Origin: Pristiophorus japonicus
Lineage: Eukaryota
Assembly: GCF_044704955.1 (NCBI RefSeq)
Contig: NC_091999.1
Coordinates: 13,888,001-13,952,000, forward strand
Length of the DNA stretch: 64,000 bases
Direction: 5' to 3'
Under the pieces are notes generated by a model, which saw only the letters and a list, made by a program, of their open reading frames with translations, did not search any database and was not told the origin of the DNA. A program made the position numbers and the translations under genes. Below, one piece after another: positions 48,901-62,567 of the stretch. The first letter of the stretch is position 1; each line of letters starts with the position of its first letter.

Positions 48901-50062
48901 ATAGAAACATAGAAAATAGGTGCAGAAGTCGGCCATTCAGCGTTTTTTTGTGACTGGAAGGCTGTTTCCAGTGGGGTTCTGCAGGGCTCAGTGCTGGGTC
49001 CCTTGTTTTTTGTGGTATATATCAATGACTTGGACTTCAATGTTGGGGGTATGATTAAGAAGTTTGCAGGTGACACTAAAATAGGCTGTGTGGTTGAGAA
49101 TTAAGAAGAAAACTGCACACTGCAGGAAGCTATAAATGTACTGGTCAGGGGGCAGAAAAGTGGCAAATGCAATTTAATCCGGATAAGTGTGAGGTAATGC
49201 ATTTGGGGAGGTCTAACAAGGCAAGGGATTACACATTAAAGGCTACAACACTGAAAATTGTAGAGGAACAAAGGGACCTTGGAGTGCAGGTCCACAGATC
49301 CCTGAAGGTGGCAGGCCAGGTAGATAAGGTGGTAAAGGAGGCAAATGGAATACTTACCTTTATTAGTCGAGGCATGGAATACAAGAGCTAGGAGGTTATG
49401 CTTGAACTAGTTAGGCCGCAGTTGGAATACTGTGTGTAGTTCTGGTCACATTACAGGAAAGATGTGATTGTACTGAAAAGGGTGCAGAGGAGATTGACAA
49501 GAATGTTGCCTGGACTGGAAAATTTTGGCTATGAGGAAAGATTGGAGATGCAGAGTCTATTTTCTTTGGAACAGAGGACACTAAGGGGAGACCTGATGAA
49601 AGTGTATTAAATTATGAGGGGCCTGGATAGAGTGGATAGGAAGGACCTGTTTCCCGTGGCAGAGTGGTCAACAACCAGGGGGCACAGATTTAAAGTAATT
49701 GGTTTAGAGGAGATACGAAGGGAAATTTCTTCACCCAGAGGTTTGTGGGGGTCTGCAACTCACTGCCTGAAAGGGTGGTAGAGGCTGAAACCCTCACCAC
49801 ATTTAAAAAATACTTGGATGTGCACTTAAAGTGCCATCACCTACAGGGCTACGGACCAAGAGCTGGAGAGTGGGATTTGGCTGGATAGCTGTTTGTCGGC
49901 CGGCACGGACACGGTGGGCTGAAATGGTCTCCTGCCATGCTGTAAATTTCGATGATTTTATGATTAATGACCTAGATGAAGGGACCGAGTGTAATGTATC
50001 CAAATTTGCTGATGATACAAAACTAGGTGGGACAGTAAGCTATGAGAACACAAGAGTCTGCA

Positions 50063-50098
<36 letters not shown>

Positions 50099-51480
50099 TA
50101 TGTGAGTGGGCAGTAAGGTGGCAGATGGAGTATAATGTAGGGAAATGTGAGGTTTTTCACTTTGGTAGGAAGAATAAAAAACAGAATATCTTTTAAATGA
50201 TAAGAAACTTTTAAATGTCGGTGTTCAGAGAGATTTGGGGTGTCCTCGGACAGACAAGACCCACAGAAAGTGAGCATGCAGGTACGCAAGCAATAAGGCA
50301 GGCAAATGGATTGTCCTTTATTGCAAGGGGGTTGGAGTAGAAGAGTAAGGAGGTCTTGCTGCAATTGTACAGGGCCTTGGTGAGACCACACCTGGAGTAC
50401 TGGGCACAGTTTTGTTCTCCTTATCTAAGGACGGAAACACTTGCCTTGGAGACGGTGCAACAAAGGTTCACAAGATTGATTCCTGGGATGAGAAGGCTGT
50501 CTGATGATGGGATAGTGTGTAGAATGGGCCTATACACTCTCGAGTTTAGAATAATGAGAGGTGATCTCATTGAAACATACAAGGTTCTGAAGGGGACTGA
50601 CAGGTTAGATGCTGACAGGTTGATTCCCCTGACTGGACTGTCTAGAACTAGGAGGCACAGTCTCAGGATAATGGGTAGGCCATTTAAGACAGGGATGAGG
50701 AGGAATTTCTTCACTCAGAGGGTTGTGAATCTTTGGCATTCTCTTCCCCAGAGGGCTATGGATGCTCAGTCTATTCAAGGTTGAGATAGAGAGATTTTTT
50801 GACTCTAGGTGAATCAAGGGATATGGAGATCAGGCAGGAAAGTGGAATTGAGGGCAATGATCAGCCATGATCTTATTGAATGGCAGAGCAGGCTCGAGGG
50901 ACCTTATGGCCCACTCCTGCTCCTATTTCTTATGTTGATATCCAGGGGGTTCTAGATTTAATAGTCCCACCCTTTTTCTTTAAGGTAACATACTTCCTCT
51001 GATCCCTAATTATCTCTTCCTTGAATGCCTCCCACTGCTCTGAGACTGATTTAACTTCAACATAAGAACATAAGATTTCAGAGCAGGAGTATGCCATTCG
51101 GCCCCTCGAGCCTCCTTTGCCATTCAATGAGAATCTCAGCTTAGTAAAATTGGCTTTTCCCCAATTGAGAACTTTTATTCCTGGTCTATCTTTGTCCTTT
51201 TCCATAACTACCCTAAATCTAACTGAATTACGATCACTAGCACCAAAATGCTGTCCCATCGATACCCCTTCCACCTGCCCAGCTTCAGTCCCTAATACTA
51301 AGTCCAGAACTTCCCCCTCCCTTGTTGGGCTTGCTACGTACTGGCTAAAAAGTTCTGCTGGTTGCTGACCCCTCTGCGAAGGGAAATAGGTCCTTCCTAT
51401 CCACTCTATCTAGGCCCCTCATAATTTTATACACCTCATTAAGGTCTTCCCTCAGCCTCCTCTGTTCCAAAGAAAACAAA
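48901..51480 (+). mobile_element. Stack of CR1 fragments from several subfamilies (48940-49960 +, 49960-50935 +, 50935-51480 -)
   Basis: Repeated RT and C-terminal motifs ([30 protein letters not shown]) with different 3' tails; (TA)n at 50065-50095. Confidence 0.85.
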
Positions 51481-52069
51481 CTATTAAGAGGGTTGGTGGG
51501 CTGGAGGAGGTTACAGAGATAGGGAAGGGTGAGACCCTGGAGAGATTTGAACAAGAGAATGCGTATTTTAAAGGCTAATGCCACGAGCCATCTCACCCAG
51601 CACAGAATGTGACTCACTACCAACAGGAAGGATGTTACTTTAACTACTACAAATGCATAATGCGGGGAAATCAATCTCTGTCCCTTTAACTAACAGCATC
51701 ATGGAAAGAGGGAAATGAATGTCCTTTAAACATCTGATCCATTTGGCACTGAAGTGTCTGAAACTCATAATAGGAACTCCAGGAAAACAAAATACTGACA
51801 AATGTTGAACTGTTTTGTTGACAAAAGAAATCTCAATTTAACTTTTAAAAGATAAATTGTTTAACAGGGTTCACACAGACTCACCTGATAGGCCGACTCA
51901 GGATCCACCCCTCAAGCACCGCGATTGGTTGCACGCTGCTCCCTTGGCCCTCTGGCCTCTGACCTCTCTTCCTGTTGGTTCCCAGGGCAATCAATCACCA
52001 CTCGCCAACATTAGACTGCCACATTAAGTTGAGGGGCTCGGAGGAAGAAATAAAAATAAATTGTAAACC

Positions 52070-52800
52070 TGAGTTAAGAAATAAAATGAGAAAAGCATGA
52101 TTCAATGAATGAGGAGAGACAATATAAACTACAGGGTACAATCCTAAAGGGGGTGCATGAACAGTGAGACCTGCGGGTATATGCGCACAAATCACTGAAG
52201 GTGGCAGGACAGGTTGAGAAAGTAGTTAAAAAAGCTTACAGGTTGCTGGGCATCACAGAGTACAAAAGCAAGGAAGTTATGAAGAACCTTTGTAAAATAC
52301 TGGTTCGGTGTCAACTGGAGCATTGTGTCCAATTCTGGGCCCTGCACATTAAAATGTGATGGCCTTAGAAAGGGTGCAGAAAAGACTGAGAAGATGAGAG
52401 ACTTCAGTTACGTGGATTAACTGGAGAAGCTGGGGTTGTTCTCCTTGGAGCAGAGAAGTGTTCAAAATCATGAGGGATCTGGACAGAGTAGAGAGATACT
52501 GTTCCCCCTGGCGGAAGGGTCGAGAACCATAGGAGATGGATTTAAGGTGATTGGCAAAAGAACCAAAGGTGACATCAGAAAGATCTACTTTACGCAGCGA
52601 ATGGTTAGGATCTGTAATGCACAGCTTGAAAGGGTGGTGGAGGCAGACTCAATCACAGCTTTTTAAAAAAAGTTGAATAAGTATCTGAAAGAAAACATTT
52701 GCAGGGCTGGGGGAAAGGGTGGGGCAGTGGGACTAGCTGGGAGCTGGCAAGGTCTCGACGGGCCGAATGGCCTTCCGTGCTGGAACCATTCTCTGATTGT
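52070..52800 (+). mobile_element. Degenerate CR1 3' fragment
   Basis: LEKLGLFSLEQR...FTQRMVRI...VVEADSI. Confidence 0.75.
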
Positions 52801-53044
52801 GTGAGCAGAACCACTCTGTTCCCTTCCTGATTGTGAGCGCCTGTTAAACCTGCCCTGCACCTTCACTGCTCCAAGGAGAACCACCCCAGATGCTGCAGCC
52901 ATCATCTTATTGAATGGCGGCAGGCTCGAGGGGCCAAAGGGCCGACACGTCTCCTATTTCTGATGTTCTCATGTATTCTTGTCACCAGCCAACCCAGCGC
53001 GCTGCTCTGCGCCAATCAGTGGCAGGGCGCGGGGCAGCGGCACC

Positions 53045-53350
53045 AACCACTGGTCCCTGAAGTACTGACTGTGGCTGGGTTCTGTTCTACACTCATTGGT
53101 TCCCCTCCCTGAAGGTACTGACTGTGGCTGGGTTCAGTTCTACACTCACTGGTTCCCCTTCCCTGAAGGTGCTGACTCTGGCTGGGTTCAGTTCTACACT
53201 CACTGGTTCCCCTTCCCTGAAGGTGCTGACTCTGGCTGGGTTCAGTTCTACACTCACTGGTTCCCCTTCCCTGAAGTACTGACTGTGGCTGGGTTCAGTT
53301 CTACACTCACTGGTTCCCCTTCCCTGAAGGTACTGACTCTGGCTGGGTTC
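53045..53350. repeat. 54-bp minisatellite (~5.5 copies)
   Basis: Same family as 43706-44338. Confidence 0.92.
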
Positions 53351-53785
53351 ATTTCGAGACATGACATCATTCACTTTGTACCTGCACCAAGATGGCCGCG
53401 CATGCGCTGTGCTACTCGCTGAATCCAGATGGCTGAACGCAGAACCTGCCTTCCTGTACGAAGATGGCCCTCGTTAGCCGGGCCTGTGACCGGAGAAAGC
53501 CCCGAAGCTGCAACCGTCGATATTCCGATTATTATTCCGGGCTTGAGGCGGGCACCGGTTGTTTATGAAGCCTCCCCAGCTCCCCGCTGGTCCCTTACTG
53601 CGCTCCGTCCCGTTGAAAAGGACACTCATGAGGAGCCTGGCCAAAACACGTCTTCCCCGCCATTACACGCACCGCGCATGCTCCAAACATAGCCAAGATC
53701 CGCACCTGCGTACTGATCTCCTGCACTCTGGGTGCGGCACATACTTCCCCGCGGGGCATGCTGGGTACATCAGACCATGAGAAAT
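53340..53785. promoter_or_regulatory. CpG-rich promoter-like module A (NRF1 plus YY1-like plus ETS-like motifs)
   Basis: GCGCATGCGC at 53398-53407 overlapping CAAGATGGCCGC; CTTCCTG; CpG retained. Inverted paralog at 62825-63265. Confidence 0.55.
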
Positions 53786-53939
53786 CGCAGCAGAAGTGGG
53801 CCAGATACTGCATGGTTATATACAAAGTAAAACTCCCTCTATACTGTCCTAAAGAATCCCAGGGCATATACAGTACGGGTTAGATACAGATTAAAGCTCC
53901 CTCTGCACTGTCCCAAGAAACAATCCCAGGGCAGATATC

Positions 53940-56900
53940 GTGACAGACTACGTGTGCGGGAAGTGTATCCATCTCCAGCTCCTGTCGGTCCACGTTGCGG
54001 AGTTGGAGCTGAGGGTGGATTCACTCTGGAGCATCCACGATGCTGAGAATGACGTGAGTAGCACGTGTAGTGAGTTGGTCATACCACAGGAGAAGGGTCC
54101 ACAGCCAGATAGCGAATGGAAGACCAGCAGGAAGAGCAGTGCAAAGAAGGTAGTGCAAGGGTCCCCTGTGGTCATCCCCCTGCAAAACAGATACACTGCT
54201 TTGAGTACTGTTGAGGGAGATGACTCATCAGGGGAGGGCAGCAGCAGCCAAGTTCATGGCACCGTGGCTGGCTCTGTTGCACAGGAGGGCAGGAAAAAGA
54301 GTGGGAGAGCAATCGTGATAGGGGATTCAATTGTTAGGGGAATAGATAGGCGTTTCTGCGGCCGCAACCGAGACTCCAGGATGGTATGTTGCCTCCCTGG
54401 TGGAAGGGTCAAGGATGTCTCGGAGCGGGTGAAGGACATTCGAAAAAGGGAGGGAGAACAGCCAGTTGTAGTGGTGCACATTGGTACCAACGACATAGGT
54501 AAAAAAAGGGATGAGATCCTATGAAACGAATTTAAGGAGCTAGGAGCTAAATTAAAAAGTAGGACCTCAAAAGTAGTAATCTCGGGATTGCTACCAGTAC
54601 CACGTGCTAGTCAGAGTAGGAATCACAGGATAGCGCAGATGAATACGTGGCTTGAGCAGTGGTGCAGCAGGGAGGGATTCAAATTCCTGGGGCATTGGAA
54701 CCGGTTCTGGGGGAGATGGGACCAGTACAAACCGGACAGTCTGCTGGTGGTTTGCTAGTGCTGTTGGGGAGGAGTTAAACTAATATGGCCGGGGAATGGG
54801 AACCAATGGAGGGAGACAGACGGAAACAAAAAGGAGACAAAAGCAAAAAACAGAAAGGAGATGAGAAAAAGTGGAGGGCAGAGAAACGCAAGACAAACAA
54901 TAAAAAGGGCCACTGTACAACAAAATTCTAAAAGGACAAAGGGTGTTAAAAAACCAAGCCTGAAGGCTTTGTGTCTTAATGCAAGGAGTATCCGTAATAA
55001 ATTGGATGAATTAACTGTGCAAATAGATGTTAACAAATATGATGTGATTGGGATTACGGAGACGTGGCTCCAGGATGATCAGGGCTGGGAACTCAACATC
55101 CAGGGGTATTCAACATTCAGGAAGGATAGAATAAAAGGAAAAGGAGGTGGGGTAGCATTGCTGGTTAAAGAGGAGATTAATACAATAGTTAGGAATGACA
55201 TTAGCTTGAATGATGTGGAATCTATATGGGTAGAGCTGCAGAACACCAAAGGGCAAAAAACGTTAGTGGGAGTTGTGTACAGAGCTCCAAACAGTAGTAG
55301 TGATGTTGGGGAGGGCATCAAACAAGAAATTAAGGGTGCATGCAATAAGAGTGCAGCAGTTATAATGGGTGACTTTAATATGCACATAGATTGGGCTAAC
55401 CAAACTGGAAGCAATACGGTGGAGGAGGATTTCCTGGAGTGCATAAGGGATGGTTTTCTAGACCAATATGTCGAGGAACCAACTAGGGGAGAGGCCATCT
55501 TAGACTGGGTGTTGTGTAATGAGAGAGGATTAATTAGCAATCTCATTGTGCGAAGCCCCTTGGGGAAGAGTGACCACAATATGGTGGAATTCTGCATTAG
55601 GATGGAGAATGAAACAGTTAATTCAGAGACCATGGTCCAGAACTTAAAGGAGGGTAACTTTGAAGGTATGCGGCGTGAATTGGCTAGGATTGATTGGCGA
55701 ATGATACTTGAGGGGTTGACTGTGGATGGGCAATGGCAGACATTTAGAGACCGCATGGATGAACTACAACAATTGTACATTCCTGTCTGGCATAAAAATA
55801 AAAAAGCGAAGGTGGGTCAACCGTGGCTATCAAGGGAAATCAGGGATAGTATTAAAGCCAAGGAAGTGGCATACAAATTGGCCAGAAATAGCAGTGAACC
55901 CGGAGACTGGGAGAAATTTAGAACTCAGCAGAGGAGGGCAAATGGTTTGATTAGGGCAGGGAAAATGGAGTACGAGAAGAAGCTTGCAGGGAACATTAAG
56001 ACGGATTGCAAAAGTTTCTATGGATATGTAAAGAGAAAAAGGTTCGTAAAGACAAATGTAGGTCCCCTGCAGTCAGAATCAGGGGAAGTCATAACGGGGA
56101 ACAAAGAAATGGCGGACCAATTGAACAAGTACTTTGGTTCGGTATTCACTAAGGAGGACACTAAAAATATTCCAGATATAAGAAGGGTCAGAGGGTCTAG
56201 TAAGGAGGAGGAACTGATGGAAATCCTTATTAGTCGGGAAATTGTGTTGGAGAAAATGATGGGATTGAAGGCCGATAAATCCCCAGGGCCTGATGGACTG
56301 CATCCCAGAGTACTTAAGGAGGTGGCCTTGGAAATAGCGGATGCATTGACAGTCATTTTCCAACATTCCATAGACTCTGGATCAGTTCCTATCGAGTGGA
56401 GGGTAGCCAATGTAACCCTACTTTTTAAAAAAGGAGGGAGAGAGAAAACAGGGAAAACAGGGAATTATGGACATCGGTCATGGGTAAGATGATGGAATCA
56501 ATTATTAAGGATGTCATAGCAACGCATTTGGAAAGAGGTGACATGATAGGTCCAAGTCAGCATGGATTTGTGAAAGGGAAATGATGCTTGACAAGTCTTC
56601 TGGAATTTTTTGAGGATGTTTCAGTAGAGTGGACAAGGGAGAACCATTTGATGTGGTATATTTGGACTTTCAGAAGGCTTTCGACAAGGTTCCACACAAG
56701 AGATTAATGTGCAAAGTTAAAGTACATGTGATTGGGGGTAGTGTGCTGACATGGATTGAGAAATGGTTGTCAGACAGGAAGCAAATGGGTACTTTTCAGA
56801 ATGGCAGGTGGTGAGTAGTGGGGTACCGCAAGGTTCTGTGCTGGGGCTCCAGCTGTTTACACTGTATATTAATGATTTAGACGAGGGGATTAAATGTAGT

Positions 56901-57825
56901 ATCTCCAAATTTGCGGATGACACTAAGTTAGGTGGCAGTGTGAGCTGTGAGGCTGCAGAGCGACTTGGATAGGTTAGGTGAGTGGGAAAATGCACGGCAG
57001 ATGAAGTATAATGTGGATAAATGAGAGGTTGTCCACTTTGGTGGTAAAAACAGAGAGACAGACTATTATCTGAATGGTGACAGATTAGGAAAAGGGGAGG
57101 TGCAACGAGACCTGGGTGTCATGGTACATCAGTCATTGAAGGTTGGCATGCAGGTACAGCAGGCGGTTAAGAAAGCAAATGGCATGTTGGCCTTCATAGC
57201 GAGGGGATTTGAGTACAGGGGCAGGGAGGTGTTGCTACAGTTGTGCAGGGCCTTGGTGAGGCCACACCTGGAGTATTGTGTACAGTTTTGGTCTCCTAAC
57301 CTGAGGAAGGACATTCTTGTTATTGAGGGAGTGCAGCGAAGGTTCACCAGACTGATTCCCCGGATGGCAGGACTGACCTATCAAGAAAGACTAAATCAAC
57401 TGGGCTTGTATTCACTGGAGTTCAGAAGAATGAGAGGGGACCTCATAGAAACGTTTAAAATTCTGATGGGTTTAGACAGGTTCTATGCAGGAAGAATGTT
57501 CACAATGTTGGGGAAGTCCAGAACCAGGGGTCACAGTCTAAGGATAAGAGGTAAGCCATTTAGGACCGAGATGAAGAGAAACTTCTTCACCCAGAGAGTG
57601 GTGAACCTTTGGAATTCTCTACCACAGAAAGTTGTTGAGGCCAATTCACTAAATATATTCAAAAAGGAGTTAGATGTAGTCCTTACTACTAGGGGGATCA
57701 AGGGGTATGGCAAGAAAGCAGGAATGGGGTACTGAAGTTGCATGTTCAGCCATGAACTCATTGAATGGTGGTGCGGGCTAGAAGGGCCGAGTGGCCTACT
57801 CCTGCACCTATTTTCTAAGTTTCTA
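53940..57825 (+). mobile_element. Near full-length young CR1 LINE (ORF1 zinc finger/coiled coil plus SGNH esterase; ORF2 APE-RT, disrupted)
   Basis: ORF1 53940-54524 (CGKC, IVIGDSIVRG, VHIGTND); ORF2 54861-56492 plus downstream pieces to 57735; tail TTTCTAAGTTTCTA. Inserted into the 67-bp repeat. Confidence 0.95.
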
Positions 57826-58283
57826 GGTACAGCGCAACTATTTTGTTGTTAATCTGTAATTAAAAATCCCTCTGATTAAAGGGAGGAGGGGACACAAAAT
57901 AAACCAATTAAACTTTGGACGATAAACTTAAATCAAATTAAAATTTGGTTGCTGGAGATGGTGATGCACACCAGTCCCTCTGGTGCCGATGTCTTACAGA
58001 AGGCCGCAAGCATACTGGTGGCAGGTACAGCACATGTTCGATACAGAGTAAAGCTCCCTCTACAGTGACCAATCAAACACTCCCAGGGCAGGTGCAGCAC
58101 GGGTTCGATCCAGAGTAAAGCTCCCTCTCCATTCACCAATCCAACACTCCCAGGGCAGGTACAGCATAGGTTAGATACAGAGTGAAGCTCCCTCTACACT
58201 GTCCCATCAAACACTCCCAGGGCTGTCTTTCTAAACAGCCAATCCAAAATTGCACAGGACAGGCACAACACAGGTTAGGTACA

Positions 58284-59019
58284 CATTATCATCATTATAG
58301 GCAGTCCCTCGAAATCGAGGAAGACTTGCTTGCATTCTAAAAGTGAGTTCGTAGGTGACTAAACAGTCCAATACGGGAATTACAGTCTCTGTCACAGGTG
58401 GGACAGCCAGTCGTTGAAGGAAAGGGTGGGTGGGACTGGTTTGCCGCATGCTCCTATGCTTGGTTTCTGCATGCGCTCAGCGATGAGACTCGAGGTGCTC
58501 AGCGCCCTCCCGGATACATTTCCTCTACTTAGGGTGGACGTTGGCCAGGGTCTCCCAGGTATCGGTGGGGATGTTGCATTTTTTCAAGGAGGCTTTGAGG
58601 GTGCCCTTGAAACATTTCCTCTGCCCAACTTAAGCTCGCTTGCCATGTAGAAGTTCCAAGCAGAACGCTTGTTTTGGGAGTCTTGTGTCAGCCATGTGAA
58701 CAATGTGGCAAGCCAGTGTGTCCCTGGAGATGGAGCATGCGGTTTCCACGAGAGATGGGCACCGCAGAGACTGGAGTGCATCATTTCAAGAGTGAACAGA
58801 ATTTTAATTTTAATCAATTTGATTTGATTTGACAAAGCTTTTTTGTAAAAAAGGGGGCACTTTAATGAAAGTTTCTGGAGTGTGACGCCCCTCCCCCTTT
58901 AATCAGGGGCCACTTGATTATTGTTCTACTTAAAATAGTTGTGAACAATGTGGCCCACCCAACGGAACTGGTCGAGTGTGGTCAGTGCTTCGATGCTGGG
59001 GATGTTGGCCTGATCGAGG
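58284..59019 (-). mobile_element. RTE-clade LINE 3' fragment
   Basis: (CAT)n tail plus AGGCAGTCCCTCG; VLDQANIPSIEALTTLDQFRWVGHIV. Confidence 0.8.
58710..58939 (+). mobile_element. Tx1-like non-LTR 3' end inserted in the RTE, with 15-bp TSD (related minus-strand piece at ~57840-58015)
   Basis: Flanked by TGTGAACAATGTGGC at 58695-58709 and 58940-58954; encodes ...VSLEMEHAV / FHERWAPQRLECII. Confidence 0.65.
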
Positions 59020-60885
59020 AAACACCAGGACTGGTTTGATGAGAATGACCAGGAGATCCAAGAGCTAATTAATAGCAAGCACAAGGCATTTCTGAACCTA
59101 AAACAACAACTCAACTCGGGAGCAGCAAAGCAGCATTACAGACGGCTTGAGGCTGAGGTCCAAGAAAAAACCTGTGACCTAAAGCATAGATGGTGGGTGG
59201 AGAAATCACAGGAGGTTCAGCAGCTGGCCATGATGTGTGAGGATTCTTCATCGCAGTCAAGGCCACCTATGGCCCAAGCACCCAAGGCCTCACCCCACTG
59301 CTGGCCAAGAATGGGGAAACACTCATCAAGGACACTGAGGCAGTCAGGACCTGCTGGAAGGAGCACTTTGAAGATCTCCTTAACTGAGACTCTGGCTTTG
59401 ACTCGAGTGTCCCCAACTCCAACCCACAGCATGCTACCCGCCAACATCTCAGCAAAACCGCAGCCCTGCACGAGATAGAAAAGGCCATCCACCAGCTCAA
59501 GAACAACAAGGCAATGGGAGCAGATGAAATCCCCACTGAGGCACTAAAGTATGGCGGAGAGGCAATATTGGCATGAATGCATGACCTCATCTCTCTCATC
59601 TGGAAGGAGGAGAGCATGCCTGGAGATCTCAGAAATGCAGTAATCATGACCATCTTTAACAAAGGGGACAAATCCGACTGCGGCAATTACAGATGAATCT
59701 CCTTGTTATCAGCCACTGGAAAAGCCATCGCTAGAATCCTCCTCAACCGTCTTCTCCCTGTGGCTGAGGAGCTCCTCCCGGAGTCACAGTGTGGTTTTCG
59801 TCCTCTACGGTGTATAACGGACATGATTAGGTACACAGTAAAGATCTCAATACGCTGTCCCATCAGACACTTGCAGGGAAGGTACAGCGTGGGTTAGATA
59901 CAGAGTAAAGCTCCCTCCACACTGTCCCATCCAACATTCCCAGAGCAAGTACAACATGGGTTGAACATAGAATAAAGCTCCCTCTATACTGTTCCATCAG
60001 TCATTCCTAGGGCAAGTACAGCACAAGTTGGACATAGACTACATCTCCATCTAACTTGTCCAGTCATTCCAGGGCAGATATAGTGTCGGTTAGATATAGA
60101 GAAAATCTCCCTCGACACTGTTCTGCCAGGCATTGCAAGGGCAGGTACAGCATGGGTTAGATGCAGAGTAAAGCACCCTCTACACTGTCCCATCAATCAT
60201 TCCCAGAGCAGGTACCACCAAGCTCATGGTCTACAGGGTTGTAGTAATACCCGCCCTCCTATATGGCTCAGAGGCATGGACCATGTACAGTAGACACTCA
60301 AGTCACTGGAGATATATAACCAACAATGTCTCTGCTAGATCCTACAAATCCCCTGGGAGGACTGGCACACCAACATCAGCGTCCTTGTCCAGGCTAATGT
60401 CCCCAGCATTGAAGCACTGACCACACTCGATTAGCTCCACTGGGCAAGCCACATAGTTCGCATGCCAGACACGAGACTCCCAAACCAAGTGCTCTATGTG
60501 GAGCTCCTTCATGGCAAATGAGCCTAAGGTGGGCAGCGGAAACGTTAAAAGGACACCCTCAAAGCCTCCCTGATAAAGTGCGACATCCCCACTGACAACT
60601 GGAAGTCCCTGGCCAAAGACTGCCCTAATTCGAGAAAGTGCATCCGGGAAGGTGCTGAGCACTTCACGTCTCAATGCCGAGAGCATGCAGAAATCAAGTG
60701 CAGGCAGCGGCAAGAGCGTGTGGCGAACCAATCACACCCACCCCTTCCCTCAATGACTATCTGAACCACCTGTGACAGAGTCTGTGGCTCTCACATTGGA
60801 TTGTCAGCCATCAAATAACTCACTTCAAGAGTGGAAGCAAGTCTTCCTCGATTCCGAGGGACTGCCTATGATGATGATGATGATG
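59020..60885 (+). mobile_element. RTE-clade LINE, RT core replaced by 67-bp repeats (59830-60215)
   Basis: HQDWFDENDQEIQ, KAMGADEIP, LLPESQCGFRP, ALLYGSEAWT; ends GGGACTGCCT(ATG)n. Confidence 0.85.
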
Positions 60886-60889
60886 AGGA

Positions 60890-61430
60890 CAACTCAGGTT
60901 AGATGCAGAGTAAAGCTCCCTCTACACTGTCTCACCAGACATTCCCAGGTAGGTACAGCATGGGTTATTAAAGGTTAAGTATCCCTCTAGCCTGTCCCAA
61001 ACACTCCCATGGTAGGTACAGTATAGGTTAGATGCAGAGTTAATCTCCCTCTATGCTGTCCCATCAAACACTCACACAACAGGCACAGCACAGGTCAATC
61101 AGAGAGTAAAGCACACCATAGATTGCTCCATCAAACACTCCCATTGCAGGTACAGCACGGGTTAGATACAGAGTAAAACTCCCGCTAGTCCCATTAAACA
61201 TTCCCAGGGCAGGTACAGCACGGGTTAGATACTGACTAAAGCTCACTCGACACTGTCCCATCAAACACACCCAGGGCAGAAACAACACAGGTTAGATACT
61301 GAGTAAAGTTCACTCTACACTGTCCCATCAAACACTCGGAGGGAAGATACAGCACGGGTTAGATAAGAGAGAAAAGCTTGCTCTACATTGTCCCATCAAA
61401 AACTGCCAGGGCAGGTATTGCACACGTTAG
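60890..61430. repeat. 67-bp tandem repeat (~8 diverged copies)
   Basis: Same unit as 5455-5760. Confidence 0.88.
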
Positions 61431-61431
61431 A

Positions 61432-62030
61432 CAGAAAGGTTTAGGCTGGGTTTTCCAGAACATGGGGCCTGGACAACAGAAGGCACAGCCACCAATTATA
61501 ATCAGGGATGCTCAGGAAGACAGATATCCCATGGGCGGGGTGTCGGCGGTGGTTGTGGGGCTGGAGGAATTTACAGACCTAGGGAGGGGCAAGGGAATGG
61601 AGGGATTTGAAAATAAGTATTAGAATTTTGAAATCAAGGCGTTGCTCACTAGAACGCAATGTAGGTCAGTGAGGACAGGGGTGATGGGTGAGCTGGACTT
61701 GGTGCGAGTTAGGGCATGGGCAGCCGAATTTTGGATTAACTCTAGTTTATGTAGAGTAGAATGTGGGAGGAGTGCATTGGAATAGTCAAGTCCAGAAGTC
61801 ACAAAGGCATGGATGAGGGCTTCAGCAGTGGATGAGCTGAGGCAAGAGCGGAAACGGATGATGTTACACAGGTAGAAATAGGCAAGCTTAATTATGCTGT
61901 GGATATCTGATCAAAAAACCTATTTCAGGGTTAAGTATGACACCAAGGTTGCGAACAGTCTGGTTCAGGCTCAGACAGAAGTTGGGGAGCGGGATGGAGT
62001 CGGTGGCTAGGCAACGGAGTTTGTGGCAAT
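61432..62030 (-). mobile_element. L2-clade LINE ORF2 C-terminal fragment
   Basis: VTSGLDYSNALL...KLELIQNSAAHALTRTKSSSPITPVLTDLH. Confidence 0.8.
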
Positions 62031-62567
62031 GACAATTACAAATATCAGAATACTTCACAGGCTATGACGTGCAAAAATTTGTGCATGAGTTTTTAAAATT
62101 CAATCAGTTCCAAAAATTAGTTACAAATAGTAACGGATTTCAAACCTTATGCAAGACAGTTCAATAAAGGGGTGGTTCAAAGAATTTCAGCTGAGTTTAA
62201 GGTGAGACACTGCAGTTAAGTCTGCAACAACCACAATCCATGTACTCAAATGGAACGAGTTTGGGGTTTGATAGAAAGCGAACTAGGTGAGAGGTGATTA
62301 GATTAAGAAAAAGCACTAAAATGGAAGAGTCAGTAACAGAACATCAATTAGTCTCCTCTGATCATGGAGGAATCAAATATTCGACACGATGTGTTTGAAA
62401 CAAAGATAATTTATTCAACATTTATACACATTATTAATCTCCACCTCAAGTATAGGGGTTATTAAGATAATCAGAAACAAACATTAGCTGCCAGAATGAA
62501 CATGGTTCAGTGCCCAAAGCAATCACAGTAAATCCTGTTCTAGTCACAAATGCAGCCTTTTTCCTCA

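Noticed and set aside
55079-55780. Long antisense ORFs overlapping CR1 ORF2 (also 14762-15223, 30525-31013)
   Set aside because: Shadow frames shared because the copies are closely related; lengths and starts differ and no motif is evident
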